From the NCBI GenBank assembly GCA_965203175.1, contig OZ241867.1:3776001-3840000 (forward strand): a stretch of 64,000 nt of DNA, written 5' to 3'. Positions 59,601 through 64,000 of this stretch are shown one piece after another. A program made the translations under genes and the position numbers. The notes beneath the pieces were generated by a model. It worked only from the letters and a program-made list of their open reading frames with translations, did no database searches and was not told where the DNA came from. Each line of letters begins with the position of its first letter. The first letter of the stretch is position 1. This DNA is from Candidatus Latescibacterota bacterium (lineage in GTDB: Bacteria; Latescibacterota; UBA2968; UBA8231).

Positions 59601-59912
59601 GAGGTTCATAATCGCCCGATCCGCCTTGCGAATGCCCGGTTGGTCCACGGGTTTGGCAAATACCGCGCGATCTTCGGCGATGATGTTGTACACGTGGCGG
59701 AAGAAATGAGGCTTGACCGTCCCGTCTGGATGCACATCGACTACGTGCGAGGGCCCGGTCCAGTGTCGCCAATAGGAAGCCTTATCGACGATGATGCGAT
59801 CGCCCTGCAGACGGTGGCCTAAGGGCGCTTGGGCACTGACTTGCTGGAGGGCCAAACACCCAAAAGCTAAGGCCCAAATCCGGCTCCAACGGCTATATCG
59901 CTTGCGGTTCAT
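56652..59912 (-). CDS. Secreted protein, cassette subclass B (paralog of 22359-25043)
   Basis: Signal peptide ending VSA-QA; VDGDRDTFWEP, EIDLGR, RERPRLAEVEVW, EVRTRTG, GWSPWSQ; FTPNGDGIND...WNGRD...AVVY*. Confidence 0.8.
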   Translation of the reverse strand: MNRKRYSRWSRIWALAFGCLALQQVSAQAPLGHRLQGDRIIVDKASYWRHWTGPSHVVDVHPDGTVKPHFFRHVYNIIAEDRAVFAKPVDQPGIRKADRAIMNLQRTPTLEADGSFTVSKAEQLIKFLNRDFKRFPGNHSQIPLNGRLLTIVDTTLSGDGKTVTLSLRDERTGVESTREFGAKDKIAFPVYDYVQRVGVSRVGSNEALAPYIVDGDRDTFWEPDLAATPDKWWIEIDLGRTVVVEKVVLHFVDETLGDPFRQFRVMLAPQQKLIQAQSRVLQFKVVGQTRAPNTNQRTMAFSSEDTPGFSEDDDDRTEWTGRMAQTVRILIGDSKLGRAHQIDQAAWDALPADERGDILYYIRDDVGFEEPVEQAIYESLPQEQQGRKEYYLRERPRLAEVEVWGWGDNLSPKLIDGGGSVSFTGPEVPAGGFDGDWNTTFRMPAWFSTNPTAGILTVDIGARVWLDAMRLAVPFIPGYITEVADGSRDPNGRLRWRQVSLPDRMEGGFKRAADRFDPPLDIRFLNLRLPGIARTSGFFYDLTEVLLYTEGFVSQASLVSDIIRLPGPRNFGAIRWDPPPGTHPSGTTAEVRTRTGDLLVQQIRHFDVNGNEKTKEEWDKLISSWKGPIDTTFALGSGWSPWSQQYLQPGDRVRSPGLRNYMQLQVRFTSQDRLQAASISSIEVELAPPVARALTAEVWPTQAAVGQLDTFDLYLRPVFIDEPAADRTPGFDEILLQAPPGLALHLLSLSTGTEEELGRGSPLQTFTLAADGNLTDAAGAIAQVRRNHADSIWVLLPQLHQTLPAEQAVQTYHRITPQGAEVMVGEDGDLITEVAYGLLNEAERGAILFLRQTASGLAAVSGRAEYDDLPSAEQGPIRYFRKLRGGGAQSPFDALGDSLTRATYRALPRAERGAILGQGPLIHLRFAAAIFRNGTTFKPFVRRAAAGTDGSLWQQVEPGDATALTDSRQLTLSIPVGGQVLGDLSLAPNPFTPNGDGINDELTVAFSIFQVTQARQARLRLYSLDGRLIWENSTQVSGGPQQIRWNGRDAADRTVPPGLYICRIDFGADSDRATDTALARIVAVVY

Positions 59913-59938
59913 GGAGTTTCTCCAAGTTGTGCGACCGT

Positions 59939-61594
59939 TTAAAAGGCGGTGAGGAAATCGTCGGGCAGGGCCGCAGCTAATTGCTGTTGGTCCACTTGGA
60001 TCTGATCGGCGTATTGCTGGCGCAGGGTTTCTATATAGGCTTGAAACCGCTCCCGCTCCTCGGCCCGGCGCAGCATGTCGCTAACCTGCCGGCGGACTTG
60101 GGCAAAAGGCATCCGTTCCCCCGGCTGGCGGCGGACGATCTTGAATACGGAGAAGCCATCGTGGACTTGCACCGGTCCGACTAGTTCATCTGGCTGCGCG
60201 GCTAGGATATGAGATACCAAGTCCGAAGTTTTCTCCATGGGAAAGACGCCGCCCCGCGCTTGGGCCCCTCGGCGTTTGCTGCGCTCTTGGCCTAGGGCCG
60301 CGATGTCGGCCCCCGCTTCGATTTGCCGCCGCACGGCTAGCGCTTCTTCTTCGGTCTCCACCAGTACTTCGGCCACGTCGATCTGGTCCCGGCGACGGAA
60401 GCGCTCGGTCTGCTCGTCATAGTAGCGGCGCACGGCCTCTGGGGCGATGGTGATGGATGCCACTACTTTTTGCTGGCGCAGTTGGCTGATGACGACCTCT
60501 TCGCGCAGGCTCTGCCGCACCGCTTCGAGGGTCTCTCGGTCAATTAAATCCTCGTGGTGGACCGCGGCGGCAAAGATGTAAGGCTGGAGCAGAAAGCGCT
60601 CGGCGAGTTGGACCAAGGCGGTGCTGTCGGCTACGGCGTTGATGTTGCGGTTTTTGAGTTGGTCGAGCAGCTCGCCTAGGGGCACTTGGCCGCCCGTAAA
60701 CTTGAACAAAGGCGTTCGTTCTTCCTCTGGCGTCAGTTCCAAGGCTGCCAACGGCTGGCCTTTTTCCAGCAGGAGGTGCAACCCTGGTTCGTGGAGATTC
60801 CAGTCGTATTTGTCGGCCAATTGTTCGGCCCGGGCCGCTCGCGCTTCGCCGAGTCTTTCCTCTTGGAGTTGTTGGAGGATTTCGTCCCGGAAGTCGAAGT
60901 AGGATACGGGCCGTTCCTCAGTAAAGCGCACGACGCAAAAGCCTGCGGAGTGGGGCAGTACGGGCGATAAGACCCCCAAGGGCAAATCGTAGAACAGCGA
61001 ATCGGGGAGGCCCATGCGGCGGATGGATTCCACTCGGAGCCAGCCGAGTTCGCCCCCGTTGACTGCGTCGGGTGTAATGGAGTAGCGGGCGGCCACTTCG
61101 CCAAACGGAGTGCCAGCGGCCAACTCGGCCACGGCTTGTTCTAGTTCCGGCCGCGCCTTGGCCATAATACCCCACGTCATTCGCTCTAACGTGCTGTGGA
61201 GTCCTTGGCGCTCGAAGCGCTGTTTGATCTCGGTCTCTTCAACAAGGGGCGGTTGCACGGGTTTGCGCTTGAGATAGAGGGCGACCAAATGCCGACGGAT
61301 TCTGCGCTCTAGTTGGCGCTGGGTTGTGGCCGCGGTGTCCAAACCGAGGGCTTGGGCTTCCAGCCACATGAGGTGGTAGTCGATGAGGGGTTGGAGGTAC
61401 TCGCGCCGCGCTGCCGAACCTTCTTGGCGGCTCCGCTGGCTTTCGTTTAGCCCTAGGACGTAGGATCGGAGATCCTCGGCGGTGATAGCGCGTGTACCGA
61501 TCTGAACCACGGCGGGGAATTCCTGCTCACCACAGCCCCACAAAAAGGCCCCGATCAGGGCGCAAGCTATTGTCGCGATGCGTACTCTGTTCAT
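59939..61594 (-). CDS. SurA/PrsA-like lipoprotein with two parvulin domains (paralog of 20583-22322)
   Basis: Lipobox LWGC; EAQALGLD; FGEVAARYS...GGELGW; EVLVETEEEA; ALPD.FL C-terminal motif shared with the paralog. Confidence 0.8.
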   Translation of the reverse strand: MNRVRIATIACALIGAFLWGCGEQEFPAVVQIGTRAITAEDLRSYVLGLNESQRSRQEGSAARREYLQPLIDYHLMWLEAQALGLDTAATTQRQLERRIRRHLVALYLKRKPVQPPLVEETEIKQRFERQGLHSTLERMTWGIMAKARPELEQAVAELAAGTPFGEVAARYSITPDAVNGGELGWLRVESIRRMGLPDSLFYDLPLGVLSPVLPHSAGFCVVRFTEERPVSYFDFRDEILQQLQEERLGEARAARAEQLADKYDWNLHEPGLHLLLEKGQPLAALELTPEEERTPLFKFTGGQVPLGELLDQLKNRNINAVADSTALVQLAERFLLQPYIFAAAVHHEDLIDRETLEAVRQSLREEVVISQLRQQKVVASITIAPEAVRRYYDEQTERFRRRDQIDVAEVLVETEEEALAVRRQIEAGADIAALGQERSKRRGAQARGGVFPMEKTSDLVSHILAAQPDELVGPVQVHDGFSVFKIVRRQPGERMPFAQVRRQVSDMLRRAEERERFQAYIETLRQQYADQIQVDQQQLAAALPDDFLTAF

Positions 61595-61595
61595 G

Positions 61596-63650
61596 TCAAT
61601 AGGCTACGTATAGAGGGTGTGCCTGCAGGTCGTCGCCTAGGTCCCCGGCTACGGTTATGCCCAACAAGTACACGCCTGGGGGGACGAGTTGGCCACCAGC
61701 GGCTCGCCCGTCCCAAGTGAGGGCGTAACGACCGTTGCTGAGCGCCGTCTGCTGTAGGGTGTGTACCAGCCGACCCGACAAGTCGTATAGGCGCACCGCG
61801 ACGGCACCGGCCTTGGTCAGCGCCAAGATGTTATAGGCGATAGCGACTTGGTCGTTGATCCCATCGCCATTGGGCGTAAAGGGGTTGGGCGTCAGCTCGA
61901 GGGCATCAATCAGCCGTTCGCTGCGGATTACCGAAGGACTGAGCACCGTGGTGCCCGAGTGGGTGGGCTGGTCTTCGTCCCCCAAGGCGGCGCTATTGCC
62001 CGAAGTGGCGTTTTGAAACGAACCGGGTTCGCTCGACAGCGAGGCCTGCCCGCGAAATTCGGTGCTGAAGGCCAGCACGGACGCGCGAAACCTGATTTTC
62101 AGCAGGCTATCATCGGCTTGGATAGGCGGAAAGCGCACGCTGAAATGGTCCTCTGCAATGGCGTTGATGGCAAGCCCCGAACCGCCAGCCGTATCGCCTT
62201 GCGCAAAGGCGTGGGAGGCGACTAGCTGACCTTGGGCATCGAGAATTTCTACCTGTTCCACCTGTTCCACTCGAATGGGGGTAGTTATCGCAAAAGTATC
62301 GAATCCCAGTAGGTCCGGCGAATCCATGCGCATCCGCACGGCATAGGTAAAGGACGTAGAGGTTGAAGCCTCTACTTGGCGAGGGAAAATCTCGGCGACG
62401 AATTCGTCGGCCAGCGGTGGAGTCAGGTACGAAAGGGAGATGTGCTCAAGGCGGCGCGCCGATTGGATATCATTGCTCTGAGCGCTGACGCGGAACTGAA
62501 GGTAGTGCCGCGGCGAAGGGGAGATGATCGGGGTGCCTTGGGGGGACGTGCCCTCGTCGAGCGGATAGGGAGGGCTCCAAGGACTCCAGTTTTCCAGATC
62601 GTCCTTGATCGAGCCTTTGGACCACATGACGCCATTATCATCTACTAAGGGGAGTTGTTCGTACTCGTCTAGGCGCATGGGCTCGGTGGGATCGGCAATG
62701 GAAAAGGGGATCTCGGGGTCGGTGCGCTTGTCCGTGCGCTGGCGGTGAAAAACAAAAGGCGTGTCGTCATTGCCGCTGCGCGTGGAAATCAGCAGACTGG
62801 ACTGGGCTGAGTCTCCCACGGCTTTTTCCACCCAGCGAATGCGACCCCAAGCCGCAAGGCCTGGGGCGAAAATATCCGAGAAGTACGAAGCCGCCGGCAA
62901 AAAGCCAGTGCCGTAGATTTCGATCTCGTCTATTTCAAAGGGGATGGGCGTGGCCGAGCGCAGGCGGAAGGAGCGGATATAGCGGGGCGGATCGAATTCG
63001 ATGTCAACGACGGGCTTGGTGTTTTGGGCTTCCTCCACTATGGGCGAGCCCCATACGGGAAAACCATCGGCCGTGAGGTTGAGTCCGTCGTTGACAAACA
63101 GCTCAAACGCGCGCAAAAAGTCGTTCTGAAAGGCGGCCGTGGGCGCGGGGTGGACCGTATTGCGCGGGTAGAAGCGAAAGCGATTGACGCCGAAGCGGGC
63201 CCCTAAATCGCCGATGATGAGGGTGCCGCGCACGTCGCCACTTTTGCGCTCAAAGGCTTGAGTCTCACCGCCGGCTAGGTCGCTGAGAATTTCAGCGAGG
63301 GCCTCGGTGAGATCCTCGCGGGTGAAGTCCGCGGTGAAGCGCAGCACCGTGGGGGCGGCTATGGTGCCGCCGCGTTCGAGGGTGCCCGAAGCGATGTTTT
63401 CGCCCTCTTGCAGTTCCCGGGGCGCTAAGACTCGCTGGGAAAAGTCGATGAGTTCGCCTGGGGAGTTACCTATCAGCACTACGTTGGGATTGACCAAGCT
63501 GCGGTACTCTGGGTCCAACGTGCCGATAGCAGCACCGGTGCCATCCCAGTCGATAGGGGCGTCCAAGCCGACGCTGAGCGTATCCAAGGCCTCGACCGGG
63601 GCCGTGAGGACGAGGGCTGTTAGGCTGTGAGCAAGTAGGCTTCTCAACAT
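61596..63650 (-). CDS. Secreted protein, cassette subclass A (paralog of 12870-14885 and 18723-20573)
   Basis: AGGAG RBS, ATG at 63650, signal peptide ending VEA; DLGARFGVNRFRFYPR, EIEIYGTGF, RSGNDDTP; FTPNGDGIND...WDGR...YVAY*. Confidence 0.8.
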   Translation of the reverse strand: MLRSLLAHSLTALVLTAPVEALDTLSVGLDAPIDWDGTGAAIGTLDPEYRSLVNPNVVLIGNSPGELIDFSQRVLAPRELQEGENIASGTLERGGTIAAPTVLRFTADFTREDLTEALAEILSDLAGGETQAFERKSGDVRGTLIIGDLGARFGVNRFRFYPRNTVHPAPTAAFQNDFLRAFELFVNDGLNLTADGFPVWGSPIVEEAQNTKPVVDIEFDPPRYIRSFRLRSATPIPFEIDEIEIYGTGFLPAASYFSDIFAPGLAAWGRIRWVEKAVGDSAQSSLLISTRSGNDDTPFVFHRQRTDKRTDPEIPFSIADPTEPMRLDEYEQLPLVDDNGVMWSKGSIKDDLENWSPWSPPYPLDEGTSPQGTPIISPSPRHYLQFRVSAQSNDIQSARRLEHISLSYLTPPLADEFVAEIFPRQVEASTSTSFTYAVRMRMDSPDLLGFDTFAITTPIRVEQVEQVEILDAQGQLVASHAFAQGDTAGGSGLAINAIAEDHFSVRFPPIQADDSLLKIRFRASVLAFSTEFRGQASLSSEPGSFQNATSGNSAALGDEDQPTHSGTTVLSPSVIRSERLIDALELTPNPFTPNGDGINDQVAIAYNILALTKAGAVAVRLYDLSGRLVHTLQQTALSNGRYALTWDGRAAGGQLVPPGVYLLGITVAGDLGDDLQAHPLYVAY

Positions 63651-63660
63651 GCTCCGGCTC

Positions 63661-64000
63661 CTAGTAGGCGACCGAAATGGTGCCGACTTGTTCTTCTGCA
63701 CCTTCATCGGTGTCTAGTCGAATGCGGTAGATATAGACCCCTGGGGACACTAGACGGCCGTCGGACCGGCGGCCATCCCAAGAATACTCTACTATTCCGG
63801 TTTTGGTCTGCGTGGTAGCCAAGGTCTGTACTTCGTGGCCCGAGAGGTCGTACAGGGACACTTGTAGGGGCCGGCGCACGACCACTTCGCGCACATCAAA
63901 AGACAGTTGCGCAATGTCGTTGACTTGGTCGTTGTTGGGGGTAAAAGGGTTGGGATGCACTCGCACATCCGTCAACAGCCGACCACCCACGCGGGTGCGC
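63661..64000 (-). CDS. C-terminal part of a further FlgD-Ig/CHU_C-domain protein, truncated by the window edge
   Basis: PNPFTPNNDQVND...YDLSG...WDGR...PGVY...SVAY*. Confidence 0.8.
   Translation of the reverse strand, partial: RTRVGGRLLTDVRVHPNPFTPNNDQVNDIAQLSFDVREVVVRRPLQVSLYDLSGHEVQTLATTQTKTGIVEYSWDGRRSDGRLVSPGVYIYRIRLDTDEGAEEQVGTISVAY

Noticed and set aside
1-64000. CRISPR array, tRNA/rRNA, IS/transposase, integrase, prophage or DGR
   Set aside because: I saw no regularly spaced repeats, tRNA cloverleaf, DDE/tyrosine-recombinase, reverse-transcriptase or phage structural motifs. By-eye reading could miss short or divergent elements.

Overview
A 64-kb window of GC-rich (roughly 60%) bacterial chromosome. 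The gene content suggests an FCB-group, Latescibacterota/Poribacteria-like organism; this is inference from a PhyH-HEAT fusion, a C-terminal TWGxIK motif and FlgD-Ig/CHU_C-type C-terminal domains. Housekeeping and metabolic genes include uvrB, a LolD/MacB-like ATPase, TPP-dependent E1 alpha/beta, a 7Fe ferredoxin, a nitrite/sulfite reductase, a GalU-like enzyme, an Nramp-like transporter, a CinA-cytidylyltransferase fusion, Smr, an M20 peptidase, nnr, carB-pyrK-pyrD, pcm, GT9, a solitary rplC, HIT and GT2. The main finding is a cassette of envelope proteins present twice, at 12.9-25.0 kb (+) and 54.0 to >64 kb (-). Each copy has a conserved ~890-aa secreted, predicted beta-barrel protein with Asp/Asn-rich Ca-binding-like loops and a tandem-parvulin lipoprotein with degenerate catalytic sites. 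Each also has several large secreted discoidin-like proteins of two subclasses, all ending in an F[TS]PNGDG..ND / WDGR / [VL][VA]Y-stop domain. Copy 1 adds a CBM9-like protein with a TWGQIK tail; copy 2 is coupled to a GT-C/TPR glycosyltransferase. This looks like an uncharacterised surface-display or secretion module (T9SS type-B-like or chaperone-usher-like). Other oddities are tandem Rieske-helical paralogs (one frameshifted) behind a palindromic operator, a TPR-TonB lipoprotein inside the pyr operon, a shikimate kinase homologue lacking Walker A, and apparent CCWGG depletion. I saw no tRNA, rRNA, CRISPR array or transposase. All calls are from reading the sequence by eye, without database searches.
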